This document shows positions 11,116 through 23,560 of a stretch of 64,000 nt of DNA, piece after piece. The notes under the pieces are model-generated. The model was not told the DNA's origin, ran no database searches, and was given only the letters and a program-made list of their open reading frames with translations. The stretch comes from Octopus sinensis (taxonomy: Eukaryota), in assembly GCF_006345805.1 (NCBI RefSeq), contig NC_043013.1, positions 34,472,001 through 34,536,000 on the forward strand. The letters are read 5' to 3'. Positions within the stretch are counted from its first letter, which is position 1, and the number at the start of each line of letters is the position of its first letter. Both the position numbers and the translations under genes were made by a program.

Positions 11116-12065
11116 CATTGGAATATAACTCTTGATTAAATGAGTATGTTCTTGATTCTGCTTTTCACTTTTCTCATTTTTTGTTTGTTTTTGTTCACTC
11201 ATTTGTGAAAGTTTTTTTTTTTTTTCCAGTTTTATATTTATCAAATAAATGGTAATGAAAAAAACTGTAGGAATCAAACCTCTTAGAATTTAATGATAAT
11301 TTACTTTACTACCAATTCCCTGGTTAGGAATTCCGTCTCTGTTCCAAGCAAAAATGTTGGGATTCCCCCCCCTCCCACTTGTCTGTTTGCATCTTTTTTT
11401 TAGTGTGTGCATGTGTGTGTGTGTGTGTGTGTGTGTTTTGTCTTTTTGTTTTAGAAAATTAAAATAAAATTTGGGTTTAATTGAAAGTATAGTGTTTTTT
11501 AATTTTTTTTCCAAATTGGGGGTTGTTTGCAGTGAAATCTATTGAAAATGAACTCATTTTTCTCCCTGATTACTGCAATTCTGTTCATTTCCTCACTCTC
11601 TCTCTCACTCTCTGTCTCTCTCTATTTCTCTGTCTCTCTCGCTTTTCTTTTCTTTTTTCTTGTTCTTTCTGTTTGTAAATTAATTTAACTTTAAGAAAAT
11701 ATTTATCAAACTTCTCATTACTTGGCTTTTCTTCTTATATTGGAGTAATTCTAGGTCACCTATTTATTTTTTTCTGCCTTTGTTTCTTTACTTAGAAGAG
11801 AAATTTTCACATGGATAGATAATTGACAAACGATTGGTCTTGAGTTCAAGCCTGCTGTAGTTCTTTTGACCTTACCATTTAGTTTTTATTTATACTAACT
11901 ATCATCATCATTGTTTAATGTCCATGTTCCATGCTGGAATGGGTTGCACAGACGATTGTACCAAGTTCTAGTGTCTGCTTTAACATGATTTCTATAGTTC
12001 TAATCCCTTCCTAATGCCAACCATTTCAAAGAATGTATATTTGTAATAATTTTTCCCCACTTGTG

Positions 12066-12341
12066 GCAGTGTGGTAAGAAGCTTACTTTCAAACCACATG
12101 GTTCCAAGTTCAGTCCCACTGTGTGGCACCTTGGGGGAGTGACTTAAGCCTTGTGAGTGAAAGAAGACCATCATGTATATATAGGTGCAGGCGTGGCTGT
12201 GTGGTAAGAAGCTTGCTTCCCAACCACATGGTACTGGGGTCAGTCCCACTGTGTAACACCTTGGGCAAATGTCTTCTACTATAGCCTTGGGCCAACCAAA
12301 GCCTTGTGAGTGGATTTGGCAAACGGAAACTGGAAGAAGCC

Positions 12342-12405
<64 letters not shown>

Positions 12406-12625
12406 ATGTATGTATTTGTGTTTTTCCCCCATGCCATTGCTTGACAACCGATGCAGGTGTGTTTATGTCCCCATAATTTAGCAGTTCAGCAAAAGAGACC
12501 AATAGAATAAGTGCTAGGCTTACAAAGAATAAGTCCTGGAGTTGATTTCTTCGACTAACATCCCTTATGGTGGTGCTCCAGCATGGTTGCAGTCAAACGA
12601 CTGAATCAAGTAAGAGAAGATAGAG
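12066..12625 (+). mobile_element. SINE family A (tRNA-like head, internal (TA)n(TG)n, tail ...GACTGAAACAAGTAAAAG), preceded by a partial extra head
   Basis: GTGTGGTAAGAAGCTTGCTTCCCAACCACATGG...GGTTCAGTCCC box B; colinear with more than 10 other copies in the window. Confidence 0.9.
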
Positions 12626-12654
12626 AAGATGTGTGTGTGTATGTGTGAGTGTGT

Positions 12655-12880
12655 ATGTGTCTTCGTATCTATGTGTGTCTGTGTCTTTGTGTCTGTGTTT
12701 GTCTTCTTCTACTGCTTGACAACTGGTGTTGGTGTATTTATGTCCTTGTAACTACTTAGTGGTTTAGCAAAAGAGAACGATATCAATCAGTACTTTGGCT
12801 TGAAAATAGTCCTGGACTTGACTCGAGGTGGCACCCCAGCTTGGCTACAGTCAAATGATAGAAACAAGTAAGAAAAAAAA
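12655..12880 (+). mobile_element. SINE family A, 3' half
   Basis: Matches the post-microsatellite half of family A. Confidence 0.75.
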
Positions 12881-13359
12881 ATTATCATGCTAAACAGTGT
12901 TTATTTAAAAAAGAAAACGAAGTCTATATATCAAATTTATATATCTGTTCATAGGGACAGAAATGGCTGAGGGATTTTAGATATCATTCCTGTGTCTAAA
13001 TTTAAAAAAAAAAAGGCTGAAGAGAAAAAGAGGTGTATATGTATAGGATGTATGTATATATCATCACCATCATTGTTGATGTTGATATTGTATCATATAC
13101 TCTTTTCCATCATTGCATGAGTTGGACTGATTTTGTGAGGTAGTATCTTACAGCCCTTCCTGTTCCCAATTCTTTTAGTCACCTCTTATGCCATACAGGG
13201 ATATGGCAAACCTTTCCAGAACTAGAATACTATATATATTACACCAGGTAGCCTAAACAGCGAAACTGCTTTACTCATTGAGGGGACAGAAACATCAAAG
13301 GAGAACTTAGTGGGGCTGTGATGACTCATTCACTTGATGTCACCAATGGAAAGGCATAA

Positions 13360-13860
13360 ACTGATGATGATGGTGGTGGTGGTGGTGGTGGTGGTGGTGG
13401 TGGTGGTAGTTGTGGTGATGATGGTGATGATGATTGTGAGGAGGAGGGAGGAGGAGAGGAGAGAAGAAAAAGGAGAGGAGAAGGCGGACAGGAGGAAGAA
13501 GAGAAGCAGGAGGAGAGGAGGGGAGGAAGTGGAAGAGAGAAAGGAGAGGAGGAGGTAGAGAAAAGGAAAGAGAGGAGGAAGTGGAAGAGAAAAGGAAGTT
13601 ATGGAGAAGGAGGAAGAAAAGAGGAAGAGGAAGGAGAAAGAAAAGGAGGTAGAGAAGAGGAAGGAGAGAAGAGAAGAGTAAGGAGAGAAGAGAAGAGGAA
13701 GAGGAGGAAGATACGAGGGGAAGGGGAAGAGAAAAGGAGGAGGAGGAGGAAGCAGAAGAAGAGAAAAGACAAGGAAGAGAAGAGAAAGAAGAGAAGGGGA
13801 AGAGGAGAGGAAGAAGAGGGAAGGGAAGAGGAGGAAGGGGGGAATTATGGTGATGATACA
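13360..13860. repeat. (GGT)n/(GAT)n followed by a purine-rich (GAG/GAA) low-complexity tract
   Basis: Direct inspection. Confidence 0.95.
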
Positions 13861-14036
13861 AATATACATACTCAAATTGTCTGTTCAAATCGTTCAACTG
13901 GTAAAATATTAGCCAGCTCCTTTTTAAGGATTTTATAAAAAATGGTGAGTAAATCGTCACAGGAATAACAGACACAGCCAAGATTGAAAAAGGATTCATT
14001 CCTTGATATTTATTTTGTACTACTTAACCCCAATAT

Positions 14037-14255
14037 ATTTCTTTATTGCCCACAAGGGGCTAAACATAGAGGGGACAAACAAAGGGATTAAGTCGATTAT
14101 ATCGACCCCAGTGCGTAACTGGTACTTTATTTATCGACCCCGAAAGGATGAAAGACAAAGTCGACCTCGGTGGAATTTGAACTCAGAACGTAACGGCAGA
14201 TGAAATACGGCTACGCATTTCGCCCGGCGTGCTAACGTTTCTGCCAGCTTGCCGC
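14037..14255 (-). mobile_element. SINE family B, young full-length copy with 14-bp TSD
   Basis: CTTAACCCCAATAT at 14023-14036 and 14256-14269. CpGs are retained; box B-like GAGTTCAAATTCC; central GTCTTTCATCCTTTCGGGGTCGATAAATAAAGTACCAG. Confidence 0.92.
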
Positions 14256-14899
14256 CTTAACCCCAATATGCTATTGCCAAGACATTGGAAGCTATACAGA
14301 CCTGCAATTCTTCAACCAGTTCACAGAAAACATAATTGACAGCAAAGGAAAAAAAAAAAAAAAAAAAAAAGAGGCAAAAATGTAATTAAAACTAAAAATG
14401 TGTTGACCCTTTGACTAGCATAACCACATACCCAGTGCTGAAATTTCTTTGGACTAATTTTTAAAAATCGGATTGTGATATATATACTGAACATCATGCA
14501 GTACCGAATGACATGATGAACTATCATCTGCTATCAGTCACCCTTCACACACTAACAAGGGTTCTGCTGCTTCAGTAGGGGGAAGCCTATATAAAACCTT
14601 TATGCTTGGTAATCCTAATTAACCCACATATATAGACACATGCATAGATATATGCAGTTTGCCCACGTGAACATCAGTTACAGGAGGGAAAAAAAAAAAT
14701 TTACCGGAAAAAACTATCATGTATGGAAATTATTTTCCTTTTTACCAATTTCAAAATATACTCATTCCACATTTTTTTTATTTTTTACTTCTTTTTCTCT
14801 TTTTGAGAGAAGTCATTTATGGAATGGTAATTAAAGACTTACTTTGGTAAGTTATTCCAATCATTCCTCTGAGATTTCACTGGCTGAATGTTTGATAAA

Positions 14900-15136
14900 G
14901 TCCAGTGATGATAATGATGAGGATGATGATGGTGGTTGTGATGGTGGTGGTGGTGGTGATGGTGGTGATGGTGGTGGTGATGATGATAAAGTTGATTGAG
15001 CTCTAGAGCAATGCAGGCAGTCCTAACAAAGAGGACTGTATACAATTATTGTTAATTACCTGTATGTAGATAATCATCTGTGTGCATATATATGCATTTA
15101 CATATAAGACTACCAGTGTGTGTGGTAGTTGTATGC

Positions 15137-15167
<31 letters not shown>

Positions 15168-15321
15168 AACATACATACACATGTGTGTGTGTGTGTGTGT
15201 ATATATGTATGTATTATGTATAGAAATGTGTGTATGTATGTATCTATGTATATAAGTGTGTGTGTGTATGCATATGTGTGTATGTATATATATATATATA
15301 TATATATATGCATGTGTATAG

Positions 15322-15355
<34 letters not shown>

Positions 15356-15430
15356 ATGTATATAAGTGTGTGTATGTATATGTCTCTGTGTGTGGATATA
15401 GCTAATACTGTGTGTTAGTTTCACATATGC

Positions 15431-15463
<33 letters not shown>

Positions 15464-15714
15464 CACTCGATTGCAATGTCACAATATCAATGGTAGCAAT
15501 TGAAGAAGAAGAAGAAGAACAACAACAACAACAACAAGCAGCAGCAGCAGCAACTGAGTAATGATAATACAAGATAGAATAAAGGACAGACAGAGTAAAT
15601 GAATGCTCGTAAAAGATGCAATTTTCAAGAAGGAATGATTATGTATGCATGTTATTTGGCTGTAAATAACTTTTAAACCTTTATATATTTCTTTAGTTAC
15701 TCATTATTATTATC

Positions 15715-15746
<32 letters not shown>

Positions 15747-15776
15747 TATTATTATTATTACTACTACTACTACAAC

Positions 15777-15827
<51 letters not shown>

Positions 15828-15890
15828 TACTACTACTACTACTACAACTATCATTATTATTATTATTATTATTATTGTTATTATTTTCTT
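14900..15890. repeat. Cluster of (TGG/TGA)n, (TA/TG)n, (GAA)(CAA)(GCA)n and (TTA/CTA)n microsatellites
   Basis: Direct inspection. Confidence 0.95.
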
Positions 15891-16928
15891 TTATTTTTTT
15901 CTTTGTATGGCATGAAGGTTTAAGGAAATCTCTGGGGAAGGAAATTATGCATATTATCAAGCAGCAAAGGATAAACATCGCAGCTGCACATTGAAGAAAA
16001 AAAATAATAAAATAAAATAAATGAATATGAGAAAAAAAATAAATAAATAGAAGAAAGAAAGAAAGAGCTGCAGAAGAAATCCCTTAATAACAGTGAATGT
16101 TGTCGTTGTTTTTGTCGGTGGTAGTAGTAGTAGTAGTAGTAGTGTAACACTCGTTATGGCGATGGTGATGTGGTGACGGCAATGTGTTGGCTGTGGTGGT
16201 GGAGCGGCATAGATGGAAGCACATAGGTTGAAGATATAAAGCTGCGCCAAATTATGGCAACGCCATACAGCAGCAAGTTAATAGAGTCAACGAAAGAGCA
16301 AGTGAAAACATGAAAATATTTTACTGGTCTAGTTAATTGGACATTTTCTTCCATATTGATAAGAATTGATGAATTGATTAAAAGATTCGATCGGCTATAA
16401 AATATTCAGGGAATAAGTCTTTCTTTCATTACTTTTCTTTTCTCTTTGCTTTCCTTTTCTTTTATTCTTCGATGAGAAATATAAGGAACGCTGGAAATAC
16501 AAACAGATTGCATTCGAAATATGAGACTTACTAATTAACTATTTAATCCAAAAGTCTATTTTGATAAGCAATGGAAAATTAAGTCTATTATACGAAAAGT
16601 CCAGCTTTCACTGCACAGTACCGCATTAAGAATTAAATGCGTAAGGCGTAACAGAAAAGCAAAAGTAATGTTAAAACGTGACCTTGTTTGTATAAAGATG
16701 GCAAACTTATTCATCGAGAGAGTTTTCTCCAGTGGATTTCATGATTAAAGGCAGTTGATTGTGAAGAACCAATAAAGATTGTTGATTCCTCTTGACCGGA
16801 AATTAGCTTGGCGGCTATTATAAGAATTTTCTAACAGGACATACACTTTGCCACCAAATAACATAAAAATTGACTCTTGAAAAAACAGTTACTTTATTGA
16901 CAAAATGATTCGACAGTATGGCAACAAC

Positions 16929-17120
<192 letters not shown>

Positions 17121-17785
17121 TGATTTGATTTTTTTTTTTGTTTTTGTTATTTCTCTCAGTTTTGTTTCCACTTATGTACTTCTGTTTTTAATTTTCAGTG
17201 GGTAATTTTTTTTTATATGTTTTTATTACTATTGTTGTTATCATCATCATCATCGTCGTCATCGTCGTCATCATTATTATTATTATTATCATTGTTATTG
17301 ATGTTAATGTTCTAGTGTGATATGTATTAAGTAATCTGCAGTGTATGGACATTTGAGGGTGCTAGTGGGAGGGTGAGGGCATGCATTAATTTCCTCCTTA
17401 TTCTTCCCACCCCTGTAAAGCCAAGGTTCTCTGCCTCCAATTAATAGAAGTAGGAAAAAAATGTAAAAAAAATTAAAAAAGGAGGATAAATTATATTGTT
17501 TAATTTTAGATGCTTTTTCTCAGTTATTTTATTTGTACAGCTTTTCCACATTGTGATGTGACTTTTACAATATAAAAGGAAATAGTTGTGAGATTAGATA
17601 TAAATATACTTCTCCCTATCACTTCAACTCCTTGCTAGAGGAAATTCATTCAACATTTCTTGGGAATTTTTAGACCTGGATGAGTTCATCCCACTCCAGG
17701 TCCAACTACAACTGATTTCTTCCTTTGAGAGAAAGAGGAGAGACAAAAGCATCAACTCCAGTACAAGATTGTTTCTTTTTTAAAC

Positions 17786-18200
17786 CTTTTTATTCTTTTT
17801 TCTTTCATTTGTTTCAGTCGCTTGATTGTGACCATGCTGGAGCACAGCCTTTAGTCAAACAAATCAACGACAGGACTTATTCTTTGTAAGCCTAGTACTT
17901 ATTCTATTGGTCTCTTTTGCTGAACTGCTAAGTTATGGGGATGTCAACACACCAACAGCGGTTGTCAAACGATGACAGGGGACAAACACAGACACGCAAA
18001 TACACACATACGCACACACATGCATACACACATAAATGTATATATAACAAGCTTGTTTCAATTTCCGTCTACCAGATCCACTCACAAGGTTTTGGTCAGC
18101 TCGAGGCTATAGTAGAAGACACTCGCCCAAGGTGCCACGCAGTGGGACTGAACTCAGAACCATGTGGCTGGGAAGCAAGCTTCTTACCACATGGCCATGC
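17786..18200 (-). mobile_element. SINE family A, full length
   Basis: Reverse complement of the family A consensus, with internal (CA)/(TA) repeat. Confidence 0.9.
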
Positions 18201-18652
18201 CTAACCCTAAAAAACAAAATAAATGGTAAAGTCAACCTCAGTGGTATTTGAACTCAGAATGCAGACAACTAAAATAGTTACTGCAAAACCTTCTGTTCAT
18301 TTCTCTAATAATGATACTGCCAATTGGTCGGCTTATTAATATATCTGTGAGCTAATCAAAGTAAATATGGTTGAGTTATATATGACAAAGCCACCACTCT
18401 GTTGCTTGTGTGGAAAAGTATGAATGCTTCAAACTCACATTCCTATCTTACATAAATCTAGGACTTCAGATTCATGTTAACATGTTTAACAATTGCCACT
18501 TTCATCATTTGCACAGTTTTGGAGAAGGATTGTTTTACAAATGGACAACAACAACATCAACAACAGCAAAAGCCCAGATACTACAGAAATGAAAACGTAC
18601 AACTGGAAGACACCAGAATAGGACATGATCCTCACCTATTAATTAAAATATT

Positions 18653-18841
18653 CTTTTTTACTCTAGGCACAAAACCTAATATTAGATTGACTCCAGTATG
18701 CAACTGGCACTTAATTTATCAATCCCAAAAGGATGAAAGGCAAAGTTGACCACAGCGGAATTTGAACTCAGTACATAAAGACACGAAATACCGCTAAGCA
18801 TTTTGCCCGGTGTGCTAACATTTCTGCCAGTTCGCTGCCTT
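18653..18841 (-). mobile_element. SINE family B with 16-bp TSD (1 mismatch)
   Basis: TATTAATTAAAATATT 18637-18652 and TATTGATTAAAATATT 18842-18857; colinear with 14037-14255. Confidence 0.85.
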
Positions 18842-19194
18842 TATTGATTAAAATATTAAACAAGGACTTATAAGGCGCTAGCAGAGAAGTTTAATAAGAT
18901 GCTGGCATAACCAGAAATAATATCTGGTTCACTTAATGGAAAATCATCTTAACTCCCATATCTACAGGGACAACAAATTCTCAAAACGACAAACCCATCA
19001 TATGTCTGCTTATAATGCACAAAGCCTTAATTGTTGCAACATTGCAGTGAAGAAACAGGTAACAAGACAATAAAATATTTCCAAGGGAGCAGAAGGGACA
19101 CTGTAGGGGCTCATATGATTATTCCCAAGAAAGAATACAGCCACGGACATAATAGAGTTAAGATGTACATACACTAAAAGTTTCCTACTATAAC

Positions 19195-19420
19195 CTCAGA
19201 CTAGCCAAAGCTGGTAGATTTGGTAGACGGACACTGAAAGAAGCCTATTGTATATATATGTCTGTGTGCATGTGTGTGTTTGTGTGCCTGTGTTTGTCCC
19301 ACCTTCATCATTTAACAACCGATGTTGGTATGTTTATGTACCCATAACTTAGCCATTCAGCAAAAAGAGACTGATAGAATAAGTCCTGGGGTTGATTTTC
19401 TCAACTAAAGACCCTTTAAG
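19195..19420 (+). mobile_element. SINE family A, partial
   Basis: Central and 3' family A sequence. Confidence 0.75.
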
Positions 19421-19636
19421 GTGGTCTTGTCAGCTGGGCATGCTATATCTATGACCCAGTATAGTTTGCTTTCTTTCTCAATTAAGACTATGTCTGGCTT
19501 CCTATTCTCTATCTCATGGTTGCACTGAATCATAAAATCCCATGGGATCTTTGCATTATTTTTTCGATGATGTCTTTGAGTTTGTGGTTGTACCAATTTT
19601 TTGGTCTATCAAGTCCATACTTGTTGCAAAGTGCCC
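19420..19636 (-). mobile_element. R4/Dong-type non-LTR retrotransposon fragment (restriction-like endonuclease domain)
   Basis: KIPWDFMIQCNHEIENRKPDIVLIEKESKLYWVIDIACPAD matches the REL motif WDF..RPD-x-D; it abuts a (TAA)n tract. Confidence 0.8.
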
Positions 19637-19703
19637 ATTATTATTATTATCATTATTATTATTATTATTGTTATTATTATTATTATATTATTATTATTAT
19701 TAT

Positions 19704-19920
19704 AAGGTGGTGAACTGGTAGAATCGTTAACATACTAAGCAAAATGTGTAATGGCATTTTGTCCATCTTTACTTCCTGAGTTCAAATTCCTCCGAGGTCA
19801 ATATTGCCTTTCATCTTTTCAGGGTTGATAAATTAAGTACCAGTGAAACACTGATCAAAGTAACTGACTCGCCTCCACCACTAAATTTCAGGACTTGTGC
19901 TTTTAGTAGAAAGGATTAAT
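19704..19920 (+). mobile_element. SINE family B
   Basis: AAGGTGGTGAACTGGTAGAATCGTTA...GAGTTCAAATTCC...GCCTTTCATCTTTTCAGGGTTGATAAATTAAGTACCAG. Confidence 0.8.
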
Positions 19921-19929
19921 CACATTATT

Positions 19930-20490
19930 ATTGAGTGAGAGAGCAGTGCATGCCATCAAAGTGACACTGGGGTAAAATATACAAAGCCCAGTATACCCAT
20001 CAGGACTACCCGTCTGATAAGGGTACACTAGGCACATACATCAAAACCATATGTGCACGACATGGTGATCTCATATCAAGATAAAAAGCACATGACCTTG
20101 CAGGTGGAGCCCAGTTAGAATTTTCTTCTGGTCGAGTAACCCATCCTGTTCAAAAGGTCCCTGAATAAGGATTGTTTAAGGATGTTGAATGAAACACCCA
20201 TGTTTCTGGAGGTGAATTATTCAAACCCCAAAGAATCCCTCTCAACACATGACTATGATGCTCCCTCACTACTTCTGCTTGTAATCAGAGGTGCACATAT
20301 CGTCAACCACTAAGGGCCGTGCTCAACTGGTGAAGATCAAGCAACTGACAAGCAAATCTGTGATATTGAGTAGAATATTTGCTGTAGCCCATCTTTTATA
20401 CCAAAGCAAAACAATGTACATGATAACACTTCCAATCAGTTATGATCAGGAGCCATGAGAGCCACTGTCTGGTACTGCATCAGGGCATTA
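19930..20490. repeat. ~560-bp interspersed repeat of unknown class bounded by (TTA)n at both ends
   Basis: GC-richer block between TTA tracts. Recognised from familiarity with octopus repeats only; there is no second copy in the window. Confidence 0.4.
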
Positions 20491-20513
20491 TTATTATTAT
20501 TATTATTATTATT

Positions 20514-22005
20514 AAGGTGGTGAACGGGCAGAATCATTAGCATGCTGGGGAAAATACTTAGTGCCTTTTCATCTGTTCTGAGTTCAAATTCCTTTGAGGT
20601 CAACTTCGTATTTCATTGTTTGAGAGTTGATGAAATATCAGGTCATCAAGAATGAAATGTTCGATTTTGAACTGAAAAAGCAATGCAGTTAATCAAAGTA
20701 TGCACCTAAATTATCAACACAATCTTGCCATTTTATTGGTAACTTATTTATGCTGGCAGCAAAGAATTCTGGAAATTCTGGAAATCACGAAAGGCTGTTT
20801 TTGTATCTTCTTCAGATTTGAAATTTTTCTTTGCAAAAATGCTTAGAAAACATGATAGTCAGTTGGTTCAATGTTTGGTAAATACAGTGGATGACAGAGT
20901 ACTTCCAAGTTCAGTTCCTGTAACTTGAGTAGTGTTCTTTGTACAAGATGTGGTTGAGAATTGTCTTGCAAGAAAATTGGCCTGTTTCTATCTATTGACC
21001 AATCTCAGGTGTTTAATTGCATGTTCATTCATCATTTCATCCAGTTGGTTCATGTATACATCTGCTGTAATTGACTTTCCAGGTCTCATGGAACTATAAT
21101 GGACGATACCAATCATCATCATCATCATTGTTCGACCGTGGTCGATACCAATACTGAACCACCAAATAGACACCATTAGCCTTTCTTGGTCAATATTCTC
21201 TTTTGGATTGTGTTTTGGCACATTGTCTCTTTCCAACCACCATGCAAAATGCTTGCTATTGTTGAAATGAATCTATTTTTTGTCTCACATAACAATATGA
21301 TGCAAAAATGGTTCACTTTTATGCCAATGACAGCAAAGAACAGCAAGTTTCAAAATGTGTCATTTGATGCTCATTCAGTTCGTGTGGCACCCACTCATCC
21401 AGCTTCTTTACCTTGCTGATTTGTTTCAGATGGTCCAATACAGTTGGAATCAAAACATCAAACCTTGGTGCTAACTCACACATAGTTCGGAATGTACCCA
21501 TTTCCATTACAGTTTCCAGCTCATCATTATCCGCCTTGGTCTCAGGTCTACCACAGGGATGATTATCAAGAGTAAAGTCACCAGACCGGAGCTTCTCAAG
21601 CTATCGACGTACAGTGTGCTCATTTGTCACATCTTCACCAAACACTTCATTGATGTTTTGAGCTGTTTGGGATGCATCGATTCCACGACAGAACTCATAT
21701 TCATAAACAACAAGAATTTTTCATCTATCCATGGATTCACAAAAATTGATTTACAAGAGAAAACTCACAATATAATCAGACACCATGAATTGCATTTTGA
21801 AAAGTGATGATGTAATCCATCAATGTTGTAAAACAAAGGATTGTCAGGATAAAACACTAGAGTTAACGACTGTCAAACTTGGTGCATAAGAAACTCGGAC
21901 GTTTCATTCTTAATGACCTGACAAATACCAGTTGTATACTGGGTCAATGTAATTAACCATCCCCCTCCCCTAAATTTCAGGCCTTGTACATATGCTAGAG
22001 AGAAT
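20514..22005 (+). mobile_element. SINE family B split by a mariner insertion (20514-20637 and 21922-22005)
   Basis: Joining the flanks gives GAGTTGATGAAATA/AATACCAGTTGTATACTGGGTCAATGTAATT, the family B central-to-3' sequence. Confidence 0.8.
20638..21921 (-). mobile_element. Full-length (1284 bp) decayed mariner DNA transposon
   Basis: TIRs TCAGGTCATCAAGAATGAAATGTTCGA and TCGGACGTTTCATTCTTAATGACCTGA; TA on the left, CA on the right. Pseudo-transposase MDR*KILVVYEYEFCRG...GRP...WVPHELNEHQ...WWFSIGIVHY...LQDNSQPH...HPLYLPNIEPTDYHVF. Confidence 0.92.
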
Positions 22006-22711
22006 CATTATTACCACCACCACTACTACTGCTGCTGCTACTAATACTACTGTTGCTGCTGCTGCTGCTGCTGCTACTACTACTACTGCCACTATTACTA
22101 TTACTGCTACTACTACTACTGCCACTTCTACTACTACTACTGCCACTACTACTACAGCTACTATTACTACTACTCCTACTACCCTTGCTGCTGCTGCTAC
22201 TACTACTGCTAATAGCCCTGCTGCTGCTACTACTACTAAGACATCAAGCTGGCAGAATTGTTAGCATATCAAACAAAATGCTCAATTGCCTTTTCTTCTG
22301 GTCCTTTTAGATCTTGAGTTCAATTTCCGTTAAGGTCAGCTCTGTTTTTCAGTCTTTTGTGGTGGTGGTGGTGGTGGTGGAGGGGGGGTCTGATAAAATA
22401 AAGTACCAGTTGAATACTGAGGTCAATGTAATCAACTATAACCTCTTTCCACCTAAAATTGCTGGACGCATGTCAAAAAAATCTGAAACCTTACTTCTAA
22501 CATATCAAAAATTATTTCTACTCTTAGAAATAATTTTTGATATGTTAGAAATAACATAAAGCGAGACACCCATCACCATAACCACCACCACCACCACCAC
22601 CATCATCATCACCACCATTATCATCACCACCACCATCATCATCATTAATTGTTGCTAGAAATTATAAATAACATCATGCTGGTCGGCATCATTATTATTA
22701 TTAATATCATC

Positions 22712-22743
<32 letters not shown>

Positions 22744-22791
22744 TAATTGTTGCTAGAAATTATTGATAACATTATGCTGGTCATTATCATC

Positions 22792-22823
<32 letters not shown>

Positions 22824-23560
22824 TACTAGTATTGTTATTACCATCATCATCATCGTCCTTAATTAACTTTCTCATTATTAGGTTTTTGTTGTTGTTGTTG
22901 CTGTTGTTATTGCTGTCAGAGCCATTACAGTGCACGAAACATATACACAGTGATGACGTCAGCTGATAAAGAGCAAGCTGAGTTGACAAATAGAAATTAC
23001 TAGAATGGAAAACATTGTCCAGAATGTTCTTGGGTGTGAAAATTGAATTATAAATGATAGCAATGGTTGAATGAGAGAAATGGAAAACAAGAGAGTGGTG
23101 GTGGTGGTGGTGGTGGTGAGGAGGAGGAGGAGGAAGAGGAGGTTGATGGGGAGTAGTTGGCGCTAGGTAAAGTGTGGGCAGGCGTAGTGATGGTGGTGGT
23201 GGTGGTAACGTTGGAGGTAGTAGTGGTGGTGGTGGTGGTGGTGGTGGTGGTAGTTATGCTGGTTGTATTGTTGCTGGTTATGGTAGATGTGGTGGTTGTG
23301 GTGATTGTTGTTGTGGTGGTGGTGGTGGTGGTGGTTGTGATGGTGACAATTGTGGTGGTGGCGATGGTGATTGTGTTGGCCATAATGGTGGTGGTTGTGG
23401 TGGTGATCGTGATGATAGCAGTGGTAGTGATGGTGGTTGTGGTGATTGTTGTTGTTGGTGGTGGTGGTGGTGTTGGTTATGGTAGTTGTGGTGATTGTTG
23501 TTGTTGTGGTTGTGGTGGTGGTAGTAGTGTATGCTTAAAATGTGTTTGAGGAGGCACAGT
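22005..23560. repeat. Trinucleotide microsatellite field ((CTA/CTG)n, (CAC/CAT)n, (TTA)n, (GGT/GTT)n) containing a SINE B copy at ~22240-22495
   Basis: Direct inspection; SINE B motifs GCTGGCAGAATTGTTAGC and TTGAGTTCAATTTCC. Confidence 0.9.

Noticed and set aside
18968-19058. Exon-like segment on the plus strand (CTACAG|...CAG|GTAACA, one open frame DNKFSKRQ...KKQ)
   Set aside because: No recognisable protein and no supported partner exons; such signals occur by chance in 64 kb.
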